A stretch of 54,311 bases of DNA, the filler included, from Catajapyx aquilonaris (taxonomy: Eukaryota): assembly GCA_000934665.2 (NCBI GenBank). It is 3 parts of 3 records of this genome, joined end to end, with 100 filler letters (N's around TTAATTAATTAA, not from the genome) between each part and the next. Parts side by side here need not be neighbours in the genome. Positions count along the whole stretch, not along the records: positions 1 to 18,471 come from JYFJ02006845.1; 2 more parts are not named here. The stretch is one strand, 5' to 3'. A program made the translations under genes and the position numbers. The notes under the pieces are model-generated. The model saw only the letters and a program-made list of their open reading frames with translations. It had not been told where the DNA came from and did not search any database. Shown piece after piece: positions 1-13,150 of this stretch (position 1 is the first letter of the stretch; each line of letters begins with the position of its first letter).

Positions 1-140
1 AGTACTGAGGTTTGATCGATCTCACAGGTCGTCTCCTCTATGATAGATAGGGACGGAATCTGGATACCTTTCAATGGGACCCTCTTGCTTCGGCTCAACC
101 GGGAAGGCTCCATGCTACTCGACCTGCAACCTTCTTCCAA
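1..140 (-). CDS. Possible coding exon of an unknown gene running off the left edge
   Basis: Acceptor ctttcag at 141-147, then an open frame LEEGCRSSSMEPSRLSRSKRVPLKGIQIPSLSIIEETTCEIDQTSV to the window edge. No recognised homology. Confidence 0.3.
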   Translation of the reverse strand, partial: MEEGCRSSSMEPSRLSRSKRVPLKGIQIPSLSIIEETTCEIDQTSV

Positions 141-3100
141 CTGAAAGGTCTCGCAACTGATCAGTTCTCATATAATTTTTTTATTCGTATACCGTATACA
201 TGTATTGTATGCAGCACATGCCAAATGGGGCACCGCAGCACATATCTAGAGGAAAATAGGTGAGGGCCTGATTGGAAGTCATATTTTACAAGTGGCCCGT
301 TTTTTGTCAGTAATACAATGCATGTGGGCTACACATATATAGCTTCAGGTAAAATTTTCGATAAGTACACTGTACATAAATAGTGGAAATAATATGGGGT
401 TGAAAGGGAATAAGGGCAGTATATAGCAATCCGTGTGGTATCCGCATACAGCCCCGGAAGAGGGGAGGCTCCCGTGATTAACGTAATGAATGAGACGGTG
501 TAGTGGCATTTCAGTAGGAAATTACGGGCTCAAAACTGTTCGATAACTCAAAAGTCATTCACATATTTGTGTGACAGGATTTTTTTTCTCTCTCTTCTTT
601 TTGTGACTCTTGTTATACTGACATATTACGACTTGGACTGAGTTCAGATGAGTAGGCCTATTTAGAAAAGCTAAGCTGAATACTGATTTTGCCATTAAGT
701 GAAATAGAAAAATAATTTATTTTTAGTAGGCTGTACTCTCTAGTTCTAATAACCATGTTCCAAAATAGACTCAGTGTTTTCGTATCTATTTTGAAAAATT
801 CGGGTTGAAAAGGGTGATTGAAATTCACATTGACACAATAACTATGAAACTGTGCACGCATTTGTCATACAGGGTGACCTCAAGTTGACCGTTCCGAAGA
901 GACGTAAGGGAAGAGTTGACTCCTGGTCATGTGAACAAAGTCAAATTTTTCAAATATGCAAATAAGGCCACCCAAACTTTTGCGCTGAGTCTGGAGTTCG
1001 GTTTCGGCCCAGGAGCAGGAGTGACTAATCCATCCGCCTCTTCCTCCGTCTCTCTTTCGGATCGTCAACTTGTGCAGAGGAAAACCAGTTAATTTGGAAG
1101 ACATTTCCTTCCTTAGCAACTTGAACTGCGTGACTTTTTAATTTTAACGAAATCATATATCATTATTGCATAGTCTCATCCAAAATCATTAAATTCATCG
1201 TTAATGTAGGCAACCATCAGTATTACACTAAAATACAGGGTGTTCCAACTGAAATGTATACGTATAGTGGTAAGCCATTGTTTGCCACCATACTGCTTCT
1301 TTTTAAGAACCTTTGAAACAGTTACTTTTCGTGATTATAAAAAGTATTAGTTTCGGATATTACGCCAAATTGAATATTATCCATCCAAACTATGAATTGT
1401 AATAAATTTCCGTAAAGAGCGTTCCTGAGACGATTCCTAACATGCCAATTCAATGCCTTCCCTTGGTACTGTACATAAACATTGCTTTCAGATCCATGCA
1501 TAGGGCCTGTATATCGCAATTACCTCACGAAATACTTGTAGCTATGATGGAAACATTTCTGACAATGCTGAATAACAAACTTTTCTGCTTCATTTTCAGC
1601 CGGAAATGTTTCCTGGAAGTGGTGCAACCGGAACCTTAGAGTCAGGCTTGATCGATAGCAAATCTGGAAAGAGTGGTTGATCCTATTGTTTTTGGAATAT
1701 TGTTACCAACAAATAGTAACTTTACAAATGAATTAGGGCCAGTTGCACCAGCGCAAGATTCAGGGATTTACCATATAAGTAGCCTTAAAGGAACTTTTAA
1801 ATAAAGGGTTTAAAAGTGCAATGTTCAACCATTATTTAGGTTTCCTGACTAAATAGTGTAGGAATAAACGAGCGTGAAGAGCTTGTTGTATGAACTCAAT
1901 TTTTTATAAATTATCCCATCTTGCCGACAGAAAATTTCTCATAAACATTGTTGTATTAATGCACATTTAATAAAATATCAAATGAAGTCTCAAAAAGCGC
2001 ACATGTCAGAAATTCCGCCCAATTTCTGAGAAAATGAGAGATTTTATAATCCGAACTACTATGTAGGCCTATTTCGATTTACCAAGTCTTTTAACGGCTC
2101 TATTTCCGTGTGGATCGGAAAACCCGCCCTCTTTCCGGTGTTTAATTTGCATTGATACAACCCGCCTCAAATATGTCCCAGAAAATATAAATGAAAAAGG
2201 GCCTACCTGTTGTTGTCACAAATCCTTTAATAGGACTGGGCCTGGAACTAATTACAGTATTATACCATTAGTAGGCTACTTGTGGAGCACTTCATATGTA
2301 ACAATTGGGAACATGCTGCATCATTGTACTAGTCAGAAAAGGTTTTATATGCATATATATTCATCACAGTAGTTAAATCTCAAATTTTCAGTCGTTTCGA
2401 TTAACAATACATGGGGGTGAATACAATACAAATACAGAATACAAAATATATATAATAACGTCTCCAAAAGCAAACAACCACATTTTCGGCAGGGAGTTTT
2501 ATCACAAACACAAACACCATGCGATTCAGGCATTTTTCGAACTGCGGTGCCAAATATGCTCAGACTGTCAAATTCGAAATAATTGAGAGCCACACGTGGT
2601 ACTTACTTTTGAACACGGAAATATATTCTAACGTCCTCTTGATAACAATATTCAAATAATCACAATATGATAACATTTTTGCTGGACTAGAATTTACTCG
2701 TTAGAAACTTTTTTAAATTGGTAGCACCTTCATAATGACCTGGGCGCCCATGTGCGTGGAAAGGTGTGAGAAACGCTTTTGAACTAAAAAAAAGTAGCTA
2801 TCGGCAAAAAGTGAGAGCCCAAAGAATTAAATGCTATCTTTCTCTCAAAAACCTGCCAACCAGCAGGGCGTTCTCACAAGGCCATAGCGAAACAGGAGCA
2901 CTTACAAAATGATAAAATGGAAAATGTCAACTTGACTACTAATAATAATAATCACTGGTTTCAGACGACGTCAAATTGGTCCACAGCCTCTTTCCTTCCT
3001 TCTTGACTGTGCTAAGTTAACTAATTCTGCAAAAAATGAAAATCATAGCGGATATGATATAGTTTGCATTACTTTCCCTAGAGTATCATCATGTTACAAC

Positions 3101-3193
3101 AATATTAGCCTATTAAGCATTAATATTGAAGTGTTCCATGTCTCAACACCTGATATGCGCGAAGAAAATGGCACGAAAGTTTCACGAACTTAA

Positions 3194-3358
3194 GGTGCGT
3201 TTACATGTGAGCGATTTCGCTGAGCGGTAACAACGCTGAGTAACCCAAGTAACTATAGTATTGTTTGAGGCGAAAATCGATTGCTACTATTTCCCCTCAA
3301 ACAATAATGGTTATTCGCTCCGCTTCGCTTGTCAAATCGCTCACATGTAAACGTATCC
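3194..3358. mobile_element. PIF/Harbinger-like MITE
   Basis: Inverted ends GGTGCGTTTACATGTGAGCGATTT / AAATCGCTCACATGTAAACGTATCC, internal palindromy, TAA on the left flank. Confidence 0.6.
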
Positions 3359-3415
3359 GGCCTAGCATTTTGTTATAATACACCAAAGTTATGACATATC
3401 AGTAATAGCCTCTAG

Positions 3416-4443
3416 TCTCTACTACTTCGAACGTCATTACGTAAGTGTCCGGACAATGTTTTTCTTCAGATAAATTTTGGCACAATCTTCCACGCATCTC
3501 TCCCATATGAATGCAATATTATCAATGATACCATAAACCTTACGACAGCCCAATATGCCAGTATGTTGAGGCACCCATTCACACCCAGACAGCCTGTTGC
3601 AGTGATTCATCGCCAGGATGATATTGACCGCGAAACGGTTGCTGTATTCCCACAAATATATGCCGGCAACTGCTGGCAGTGTCAATTAGTAGAAATAGGA
3701 TATATCACGCTCTATGACGATGATAGGAAAAGGTACATAGTCCGGCAACTACAGCCGATACTCATTATGACAATTTATAAGCGCTCGTGATAAAGTATAG
3801 TAGAAATATTGTTGACAATATATCAAATTGGTGCAGTTTGGATAACAATGATGAAGAAACTATATAATAATAGGGTGGTGCACTGCACATTGTGTAGGAC
3901 TCGTTCGCAGGAACAATCAGGGCCACATTCATGTGTCTTAATTGTTGCTTATCTTTAACCTACGAAGAGCACCGACCTGTATATATTTTTTGCCTAGATA
4001 ATGGAAACTTTACGAGGATGGAGGATATGAGTGCAACTGCTGGCTGCATAACTTGAACACATTCTTTTTTGGAAAACTGCACAATTCTCACATGATCCTT
4101 AATCATTTCAGACCAGTATCTGTCTAGATAACTAAGGTAAATCCGAATGACTGCCAATCCTGGTTAAATGGAGCTCCCTGTTTCTCCAAAGGACTGAACC
4201 GCATTGCTGCGCCATCTGTCGTGAAGCAGTCACTCGTCATCTCACGTCTCTGAAACTCTATAATACTCGGCAAGTGCTGTATAAAGTGTTTCGTAATGAT
4301 TCAGACTACCTTCCAGGGAGATCTTTGGGAACTATCTCCTCAGGATGCAGCCTACAAGACTTTCATCGTCTTCACCTGAGTTTGATGTTTTGGTAACGTC
4401 GTCGCGTCGCTTGGAAGGACGTATACTTTGGCAGGCTATTTAA
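3416..4443 (+). CDS. Putative two-exon 3' part of an orphan gene (exons about 3416-3732 and 4317-4443)
   Basis: A 317-nt stop-free stretch (SLLLRTSLRKCPDNVFLQINFGTIFH...LYDDDRK) ends at a phase-2 AG|gtac donor. It is in phase with ttccag|G-EIFGNYLLRMQ...WQAI-stop. Confidence 0.35.
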
Positions 4444-5796
4444 TTCTTTGAGTTTGAAGCCAATCATCTCAGCAACGAGGCGGAGGAGACCAAGTGACAC
4501 CTCGACATAATATTGTATAGTGATCCTCTGATTCTCATGAGTTCACCTTAGATGCTTAGAAGAGCATTACGAAACATCCTGTATACGCAACATTACGCAA
4601 GTGTGCTCATAATGAAGAGCAGTGTCATAGCAATAGATAGCTGTTTAAAATGGCAGGGAAATTGCGCTAAATTGAGAAATTTCTGAAGTAAAAATAGGGT
4701 TAATTGAGTTCATGTAGGCTACTACATCTCAATTCTGTTAATATTAAATAGCAACAAAAATGATGACGGCGGCATGGGCACCATAAAAATATCTGATAAT
4801 GAAATATATTGTAGGCGAAATATACACTGAAGACATACGGTACAGTAGGCTACATCACTTGCATTGTGCAGCCATACATCATCTTTGCTAGCCTCTGCGC
4901 GAATGGAAAAATGCAAATTTCGAAAAAACAACAACTAGGAACTGTGGGTGCTTTGTTTTTGTGTTTCATGAATAGAGCACGTACTGTACCCAACACCACA
5001 GCGACAACATACAGTTTTTATATTCACTGACGATGCAAAAGGGTGGCGATTGCCATCTACCATAAGAGAAATGAACTATTGACCCACACAACGAATCCGG
5101 CGGCTTACTCAAAACCGCTCAAAACCACTGAGGAATGGGTGATGAAGCTTGAGTGGGGATTACCTCATTCTTTTCCAAGACAGCCGTAGCCTATAATATG
5201 CAGGGTGTCGCAAATGAAGACCCTTAGTGGTTAGTAGTTTATGGGCAATAGGATGCTTCGCAAATGTGTACCTATCCACTTCAGCCATGACATTTTTCGA
5301 AGGTTAAAAAAAAATTGAAGCAAGTGGTTGCCCGTGGTCCCGCCCCATATTGGCCCGTAGCCGTACACATAGAAAAGGACACAGGGAGTCCTGGAGAGCG
5401 AAGCTATTGCGCCGCTATGGAAAAATTGCAAACCAGCCCCAGTTGGCCCCTGGGCGGCACTGCCCTACCTCCACTCCAATAAAGGTCGCGATGTGTCTCA
5501 TGCAATTGATGCCTTGATTTAGAAAAAGATCATAGTCGCATTTGGTCGTAACTAAGTTATCCTTTGCTTACAGTTTACTGCTAGAACCGTCAGACTCCCT
5601 TTAAAAAAATATTTGGAGAAAAAAAAAAATTGTCTAAAAATTATCCTACTGTGACTGTAATCGTTCTGCATTTTAGTAATTTTCAGTCCTTCATTTGATT
5701 GGTAGACATGGAACACTCCAAATATGATATGACTAAAATTGATTCAAGATGACCTACCATACAGTCCTTGTCCTCTCTTGAATTAATTACTGGATC

Positions 5797-5868
5797 TTAG
5801 ATATCAGGGATATCGTCGAAAGCATGAGCAGAGTCTGCCAAAGCGTCCTTTAAGAAAATGAACATCCT
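5797..5868 (-). CDS. Terminal coding exon of the Ala/Lys/Glu-repeat orphan gene
   Basis: tag acceptor, phase 0, RMFIFLKDALADSAHAFDDIPDI-stop, in frame with the preceding exon. Confidence 0.55.
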   Translation of the reverse strand, partial: RMFIFLKDALADSAHAFDDIPDI

Positions 5869-6298
5869 CTATCAACAAGTCTCATTTAGTGAGATGTACA
5901 CTACAGCCTATTGCACTATGAAGTTCAAATAGAAACTGCTACTTTCAGAAGTGTAATAAGATTATATCTTAACATTTTTCTAGTAATGTAATAGCATGCA
6001 TCACTATAGCTGAATGAAAAACTTATAATAAAAAGGTGACTCTTGCTTGTTTAGCAGTGAAAATGAAGATTTTCTACTTGGTGACACCTTAATCATTTAC
6101 GTATGTCTCATATCTGCTGTAAATAGTGGAAAATTCTTTCAGAAATTAAATTCCTAGTAAATAATACTAACCTTTCTATTAACACCATGACTTTGCAATA
6201 AGATAACCAAGAGACCGACTAGTGCATCATGTAACTAATAAAATTCGTGTACAAATCTACATAAAACAATAATTATGATAACGCAGTATGTGACTTAC

Positions 6299-6394
6299 TA
6301 GCATAAACGCGTTGGGTGCGTCGACATCTAGGAAGAGTTCCGCGGGGTACGGTTCGATGTTCATCAGGTCTTCAACCGCTGTCACCGGATCAAG
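6299..6394 (-). CDS. Internal exon of the Ala/Lys/Glu-repeat orphan gene
   Basis: tag| ... |gtaagt, 96 nt, phase 0/0, LDPVTAVEDLMNIEPYPAELFLDVDAPNAFML. Confidence 0.65.
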
Positions 6395-6580
6395 CTACAG
6401 TATAACACATCATGATATTAGGCTATTTGCATGAAATAAAATACTATCAAATGACACAATTTTTTTAACTAGCAAGGGACCGTTTTTCGCTCGGGCCTGT
6501 TTCCATGGTAATGCGGAATAGGTGAGGCATAGCATGCAATGATATGAAATGGGACAAACCAACAAACTTTGCATTTTATA

Positions 6581-6755
6581 TACAGGGTGACTCTAAAATC
6601 TGGACACATTGGATTGTATTGTTGGTTTCCAGTTGTGCTAACTGGCACGTTGTTGACAGTCAGTAAAGGTTGAATTGGCACTTGTAGTTGAAACAACTGG
6701 CAACCAACAATACAATCCAATTACTTATGTGTCCAGACTTATGAGTCACCCTGTA
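6581..6755. mobile_element. Tc1/mariner-type MITE (intronic)
   Basis: TACAGGGTGACTC...GAGTCACCCTGTA termini, TA flanks, arms pair over about 55 bp. Confidence 0.85.
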
Positions 6756-6874
6756 TAAAGATATTTTGTACTTTGCCCATTTCAGTTTTTAAAAACAGAA
6801 ATGAATATTGTGCGAGTGTAAGGTACCTCTACATAAAATAATCCAATTATGATCTAGAATGACTGGTACTGTAC

Positions 6875-7030
6875 CTTTGTGGCTTCTTCTTGTTGAACTG
6901 GTAAGAATGGTGATAAACCAGCAGACTCGATTTCCCGCATCAGAATGGTAGTGTCGCTAGGCACTTCATTAGATGGGAGTGGGGGAAGTAGCACAGACTG
7001 ATTATTGTTTGCGCACCGCGCTTTTTCGAT
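6875..7030 (-). CDS. Internal exon of the Ala/Lys/Glu-repeat orphan gene
   Basis: ttttttgcag| ... AAG|gtacag, 156 nt, phase 0/0, IEKARCANNNQ...QQEEATK. Confidence 0.65.
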
Positions 7031-7139
7031 CTGCAAAAAATTTATAATGTAATGTAATGTAAGCCATGTATACATAGCCATGTGTAGATGCTCATGTTAT
7101 TATACAGAGTAGCGTGTTGTTGTTGTTGTTACAAAATTG

Positions 7140-7471
7140 AAATTACCTTAGTGGTAAGCGATTTTCGGCACTACGCTAGTTTATTTTAAGCAGTTATTTT
7201 CAGTAGTTATCAACAGTATTAACTACTAATATTAGGCCGCATTGAATTAGCTATCCAAGCTCTGAATCAAAATTAATTACCGATTAGGAATGGCCCATTG
7301 GAACAATTGGCATTGAGCATCATTGATATAGAACCCTATTTTGCAGGATGGGTCAACAGAGTCTAATATTAGCCGCTAAATACTTTTGATAACCACTAGA
7401 AGTAACTATGCAAAAGCAACTACTTAAAACGAGCAGAATGACAATTAAATCGCTAACCACTAATATAATTT
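7140..7471. mobile_element. Old foldback/MITE remnant
   Basis: Diverged inverted arms: AAAATTACCTTAGTGGTAAGCGATTT vs AAATCGCTAACCACTAATATAATTTT, and AGTTATCAACAGTATT vs AATACTTTTGATAACC. Confidence 0.5.
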
Positions 7472-7727
7472 TAATAGGAACCCCACTATTTACACTTCCG
7501 GTGCTTGGTTTAACCGCAGGTTCAAAAGTCATCTAAGTAGATCAGAGGTTGTGACTCGAGTGCTCTCAAGTTTCAACCTCCGATATTTTTTCCAGCTGAA
7601 ATAGGCCGAATAATTATGCCTCACAATGGAGGTCGTCCATGGAGTTCAATTATGGAAGGAAGTGAGTATGCGTGGGTGTTATATAAAACAATCAAATAAA
7701 TTATGATTATCATAGCAAGTGACTTAC

Positions 7728-8174
7728 AGTTTCCAGAGCAGAGAGAAAGTCTAGGGCACTCTGGAAAGAATCACGCTGGGTTTCTTCCCAGGCCTCCTCC
7801 TCAGCCTTAGCTTGCGCCTCAGCCCTTGCTTTTTCAGCCCTTGCTTTCGCCTCAGCCCTAGCTTTCGCCGCAGGCTTAGCTTTCGCCTCAGCCCTAGCTT
7901 TCGCCGCAGGCTTAGCTTTCGCCTCAGCCCTAGCTTTCGCTTCAGCCCTAGCTTGCGCCGCAGCCTTAGCTTTCGCCGCAGCCTTAGCTTTCGCCTCAGC
8001 CTTAGCCTTGGCAATGGCCTCACCCTCAGCCTTATCTTTAGCTTTGGCAACGGCCTCAACCTTAGCCCTAACCTCAGCCTCACTGGGCTGATGCACCTTG
8101 GCGGACACCAGGATATGTCCGTTATTCCGAGTGAACGTTACTTGGTAGACATCGCTCTGGTCACTATTCGGAGT
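7728..8174 (-). CDS. Large exon encoding an AKA(K/R)AE hexapeptide-repeat helical region
   Basis: ctgcag| ... ACT|gtaagt, 447 nt, phase 0/0. An 18-nt/36-nt tandem DNA repeat encodes AKARAE/AKAKPA. Confidence 0.7.
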
Positions 8175-9369
8175 CTGCAGAAGATAAAAAAACACAGGAA
8201 AATAAATAACCACATTATAACCTTTAATAATAAAACAGAGAAAAATCGAAGGTGTTGAAACGAAAAGGGCTATGTTTTAATAATCGATTGTACATTTGGT
8301 GAATCTTAGTTCTGAAAATTAAATTAAATTAAGAGTTAAGAACTAAAACCTACTAGGTGACACTAGGGCAATTTTGAGGGGGGTTCTCCTTCTGCACCTG
8401 TGTTAGATCGGGCTAGTTGGCTCAAAACAAGTCGAAGATGTATAGGGGCCGTGAGAAATGTCGAGATGCAACCGGTGACGAGATTGGTGATCAGACACCT
8501 TTATGTAGGAAGATCGCCTGGAAGATGGACTAGCTCAGCTTATAATAGTTTCCTAGGGAGCAGGATATGAGCGTGATAATCACGACTGCGAAAGAGGTGA
8601 TCTCGCAAAATACTATCAGTAATGATATCCTGCTTCCTATGCAACTATTGTAAGGTGAGAATGATGGTCCATACGCCAGACGATCTCCCTGCAGAAAGGT
8701 GCCATGTGTGTTGCCGCTAAGTCTAGGCTCTGTATACATAGGGGCAGGCCAATATGTCTGGTCACTTATCGCGTAACTACAGGTTGCTAAATGTACTTTA
8801 CGAATTTGACCTCTGTCTGCCATCAGGTGAAGGCCCATTTGGCTCAGAAGATTATAACAAATACGAAATTACATTCATTGGATGGGAAGCTATTTTAACA
8901 CGCGTGCAGATGGTGGGACTCGTGTTATTAAGAAACCAAAATTTCGAATAAAAAATACTATCCAAAACTTTGACTTATTTTTCCTCTCAAAAATCGTCAT
9001 GATTTTTTTTTTAATTCCGCTTAAAATAAAGCCTGCAATGTTTTCTTGACATTTCCGCAAAATGGAGAGACAAAATGCGACATTTAACAACTATAAAAAC
9101 ATACAATATTTTCCGCTAAACGCATTACAGGGTAATATTGCTGCGTTAAAATTTTCATAGTCTACCACATATCGCGAGAAACCAGATTCAAAAACTCTAC
9201 CTATGTAATAATACCGTATGTATGCCTACCGATGTCAATAGCCGAGTAATAAACATAAACCGCATTAAGTTTTCAAAGGTCCCAATTTTTAATTACTTCT
9301 GAGGCAGGAGCAAGTATACTGTATTTGAATTTTCTTGTAGAGGACAGCATAATCTCTCACAGAAGTAGA

Positions 9370-9654
9370 TACAGTACAGACAGGAGTGCGGCTTGGGACA
9401 GTTACTTCCAAGCGTCCCCAGAACTAACTGGTGAATGCCATAAGAGGTAGCGTGTTCCACCTTCCTCTACCGACAGAGCCTACCGTTTGCTCTGTCCTTC
9501 AGAAGGAGGTGTCTACCAGCCTTAAGATCCTGGTCAACGGCGTCCCCAACAAGAACAGGAAAATTTGGCAGGATTTGGTGAGGATACCAAAGGTCGTGGC
9601 CGCCATTGACACTCTAAGACTAGTGAATCCCCTCTACGCAGACGTAGATGTGAC
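9370..9654 (+). pseudogene. Helitron/Helentron-type RepHel upstream domain (DUF6570-like) fragment
   Basis: VQTGVRLGTVTSKRPQN*LVNAIRGSVFHLPLP...KILVNGVPNKNRKIWQDLVRIPKVVAAIDTLRLVNPLYADV resembles the QTxVRLG...GxxFxLPLP...VNGxP...WxxLV...NxLY pattern I recall from Helitron-associated proteins. In-frame TAA at 9425-9427. Confidence 0.65.
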
Positions 9655-9754
9655 CAGGGGCGGTCTGGGGGGTCAAGGGCCCGGGCTGGAACCGACATAA
9701 AGGGGGCCCGAATAAACTGTATACAACTTACTCATTTGTCATTTCACATTATAA

Positions 9755-10514
9755 CAGTGGTTCCCAACCTTTTCGTCATGACGCCCCCCTTTTCGTTTTC
9801 ACCATACACTCACGCCCCCNNCCCCCCCCCCCGTCCCAATAAATTTCAGCAAGAGATTCTTGAAATAAATTTTTATAACTCAGGAATGTATACATGTTGA
9901 AATATGGGCAACAACAGAAGCGTCAGATGGGCAATGAGCCCGCCGCAGGCGAAATTTTTTGGAGTTCAAGGTCACACACGTTTAGGTGAATGTAGCTGAC
10001 AAAGTACAGTGGAATCTTCCTATACTGTAAGCCAGAGGTTCCCAAACTTTTTGAGTCGCGGAGCACTTTTCAGGGCAGATATTCGTGACGGAGCACTAAC
10101 ACCATCGAGCCGCGTATGCAGAGAAAAAAATCTGGGGTGGAGGGNGGGGGGGGGGGCGAAAGGGCGCCGCAGGCGAAAATTTTTGGGTTCATGGTCACAC
10201 AAGCTACTGAGAGATTTGAATGGGTATAGCTTAATTGCTTTTTTTCCCCAACCTCTTCGCGGAGCACTTGGAGAAGCTTCGAAGCTTCTCCAAGTGCTCA
10301 CGAATTCGTGAGCACAGTTTGGGAACCTCTGCTGTAAGCACATCGGATGCAAGGAGAAAAGTTGGTCCCTTCATATTTCCAGCAGCGCCAAGTGGAAATA
10401 TGTTACATTATTTTACTTATTTCTCATGGCCTCACGCCCCCACTCCCCTGAAATCCTCTCACGCGGCCCCCCTAGAGCCCCCCCCCCNCCCCCCCCACCG
10501 GTTGGTTATCAGGG
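9755..10514. mobile_element. hAT-type non-autonomous element (outer member of a nest)
   Basis: Left TIR CAGTGGTTCCCAACC, degenerate right end GGTTGGTTATCAGGG, 8-bp TSD CATTATAA/CATTACAA (7/8 match). Confidence 0.6.
10033..10331. mobile_element. hAT MITE
   Basis: TIR CAGAGGTTCCCAAACT / AGTTTGGGAACCTCTG, perfect 8-bp TSD CTGTAAGC (10025-10032, 10332-10339). Same family as 20028-20348. Confidence 0.9.
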
Positions 10515-10719
10515 CATTACAACATATTTATTTCAAGAATTGCCATCGACGATCGACGCACCAAATATTTGCAAAATAGGCACACGATGCTTAAAAAACC
10601 CCCGGAGATGGAGCCAAATACCCCAAACTTTTACAAAGAGAGGCGAAATTTTTTTGGGGGTTCAAGTAACACTTTAAAAAAAAAGTTGCACACTTGCATG
10701 GGCGATGGGCCCCTGCTTT

Positions 10720-11931
10720 CCCTTTCTAAAATTTGCATGGTAGTAAAGTGGTAGTTTTAGGTAGTAATCATAGGTAGTAATAAGGTTGGTTTATTGGTAA
10801 CTTTTGGTAGTATTTGAAACAATTTCTACCTAAAACTACCTTCAAAAACTACCTCTTTCTACCTCACTTAGTAGTTATAGGTAGTTAATTAATACATATT
10901 GCTACCTGCCCTAGTAGTTATAGGTAGTTAATTAATTAAGTTAAGTATTTACATGGTAGTAGAGTGGTAGTATTAACATTTGCATGGTAGTAGAGTGGTA
11001 GTTGTAATGTAGTAATTATAGGTAGTAAACTAGTAATTAGTTGTTGGTGGTAGTACCCAGGTAGCAAACGTATGTGGGCTCCCATACGGGCTGCCTAGTC
11101 AGAATCGCCGGAAGTGACTTATTCACTTATTATTATTATTATATTATTATTAGCATGGTTGGTTGGTTGGCTCTTTATTTTGTTCTTCGTTGAGTGACTT
11201 GGGCCTTCGCAGAAAACAAGCTGCCTTTCCATACCGCTGATTGTCCTGCTCGCACCAAACAGCATTGCCATCGAACTACTCTAGCAAATTAATGTCACAA
11301 TGAAGTACGTCGGAGGTACATGAGCCGGATTCAGTGGAACCTCCTGCCACCTTTGCACACATGTGATGGCCAAAATTAATTCGCATTGTTGTGGGATAAA
11401 TCGGAGGCAAATCGGAAGACAAAATCCGACAGCAGCGCCATCTGTACGCAGGCAGTAATTTGTTACCTGCTTTCTACCTTAAAACTACCTAGTGTAGGCA
11501 GGTAGTTATTTCTTACCTGTTTCCTACCTTAAAGCTTAAACTACCTATATGCAGGGAATAAGTAGTTTCTTGTTACCTGTTTCCTACCTTAAAACTACCT
11601 GGTTCAGGGAGGTAGTTTCTTGTTACCTGTTTCCTACCTTAAAACTACCTGGTGCAGGGAGGTAGTTTCTTGTTACCTGTTGCCTACCTTAAAACTACCT
11701 GGTGCAGGGAGGTAGTTTCTTGTTACCTGTTTCCTACCTTAAAACTACATGCAGCTCGTAGGTAGTTTTTTGTTACCAGTTTTCTACCTTAAACTACCTA
11801 ACAAAATCAGGACCATAGGTATAGTAATTTCCCTTCCCACCTGATTACTACCATGTACTACCTATTTTCTACCAGACTACCTAATAACTACCACATTTCT
11901 ACCAGTTTTCTACCTTACATTTTAGAAAGGG
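10720..11931. mobile_element. CMC/EnSpm-like non-autonomous element with internal minisatellite
   Basis: TIR CCCTTTCTAAAAT / ATTTTAGAAAGGG, TT(T) flanks, many GGTAG/CTACC subterminal motifs. Confidence 0.75.
11455..11800. repeat. 50-bp tandem repeat, about 7 copies
   Basis: Unit GGTAGTTTCTTGTTACCTGTTTCCTACCTTAAAACTACCTGGTGCAGGGA, starting at e.g. 11611, 11661 and 11711. Confidence 0.9.
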
Positions 11932-11989
11932 TTTAGTGGGCCCCTATAGGCTTCAGCCTATTTAAGCCTTATGGATAATGCGGGCCTGC

Positions 11990-12410
11990 GCGACACGCGT
12001 TCCGGGTTGCCCTTCTTATTCAGGGTATGAGGGTAACACGGGACAAATTCGTGGGGACGTAGGAGGCTTGAACCGTATTCAGGCCCGAGTCCTGCCTTGG
12101 CTGGTGGGCACCATCCTCCGCCAGTCTGCCTATACGGGACTGTTGTTGAGTTTAGGCGTGTTTTTAAACTGTTTCAGTTACCTCCTCGTCTCTCTCCTCT
12201 TCCTCGCTCACTCTTAAGTCTTACCTGCACTTCCTTTCACATATCACATTTTTTCTCACTGTCTATGGGGGCCCCCAACCGGGGGGGCCCGGGTTGGTTT
12301 TCCAACCCTGCAACCCCTGCCAGGCCGCCCCTGGATGTGACCACCGACAGTTCGTTGGAGGAGCATCTGGAGATGACTGCCAAGGAGGACCTGCCGCCAA
12401 TGCTTACTAA
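11990..12410 (+). mobile_element. Possible 5' UTR and ORF1 start of a non-LTR retrotransposon (fragment)
   Basis: GC-rich leader, pyrimidine tract, ATG at 12265 (MGAPNRGGPGWFSNP...), cut off by an (ACATAAT)n microsatellite. No diagnostic domain. Confidence 0.25.
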
Positions 12411-12502
12411 ACATAATACATAATACATAATACATAATAATACATAATACATTAATGAGTATAACTACTTGTTCATATTGCTTTGTCAAAAAATAACTGC
12501 AA

Positions 12503-13141
12503 TTATCACAAAAAACAATCACTATGGAATTGAAAAAAAGGAAGTAAGATCTAAGTGACGGATAGAAATTACTGAAACAAGATTGGGCTGCGTAAGATCT
12601 TCACCATATGGGTAAATGTAACCTAGAGATCTTACTTCCGCATTTAACGCTTTACAAGATGTCAGGTTAGAAATTGTCTAAAAGATCTAATAAACCATTA
12701 TGTTAACCAATTAACATCCTAGCCCCCCAACTAATCGATTAACCAATAAATCAATCAACCAACCAGCACCTCATTTAATCAATGGAACAACAAAGAAAAA
12801 ATCAACCATCCGAATAACCAATCTCCAACCAACCAGACAAGTAATCACTTACTGTTAGCAAGTCGTAAGTATTTAACCAATCATCATTCAAAAACCAGCC
12901 TATAAACCCTTGGAAATACTAATCTCAGCCCTACAATCACTAATACTAACACCCAGCACAAAGATAACTTGATCAACACCATCTTGTAAAACGTTAAATG
13001 CGGAAGTAAGATCTCTGGGTTACATTTACCCATATGGTGAAGATCTTACGCAGCCCAATCTTGTTTCAGTAATTTCTATCCGTCACTTAGATCTTACTTC
13101 TTTTTTTTTAACTATTCCATAGGGATTGTTTTTTGTGATAA
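12503..13141. mobile_element. Foldback element with about 160-bp inverted arms
   Basis: 12503-12661 is a near-perfect reverse complement of 12980-13141, with an AACCAA-rich spacer. Confidence 0.8.
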
Positions 13142-13150
13142 GAGTGATAA

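Noticed and set aside
7751..8258. Arg/Lys/Leu-rich and Arg/Ser-rich ORFs that look protamine-like
   Set aside because: They are alternative-frame and antisense readings of the 18-nt repeat. The splice sites support the AKARAE frame.
11455..11800. CRISPR-like regular repeats
   Set aside because: The units are contiguous with no unique spacers, there are no cas genes, and the context is a eukaryotic transposon.
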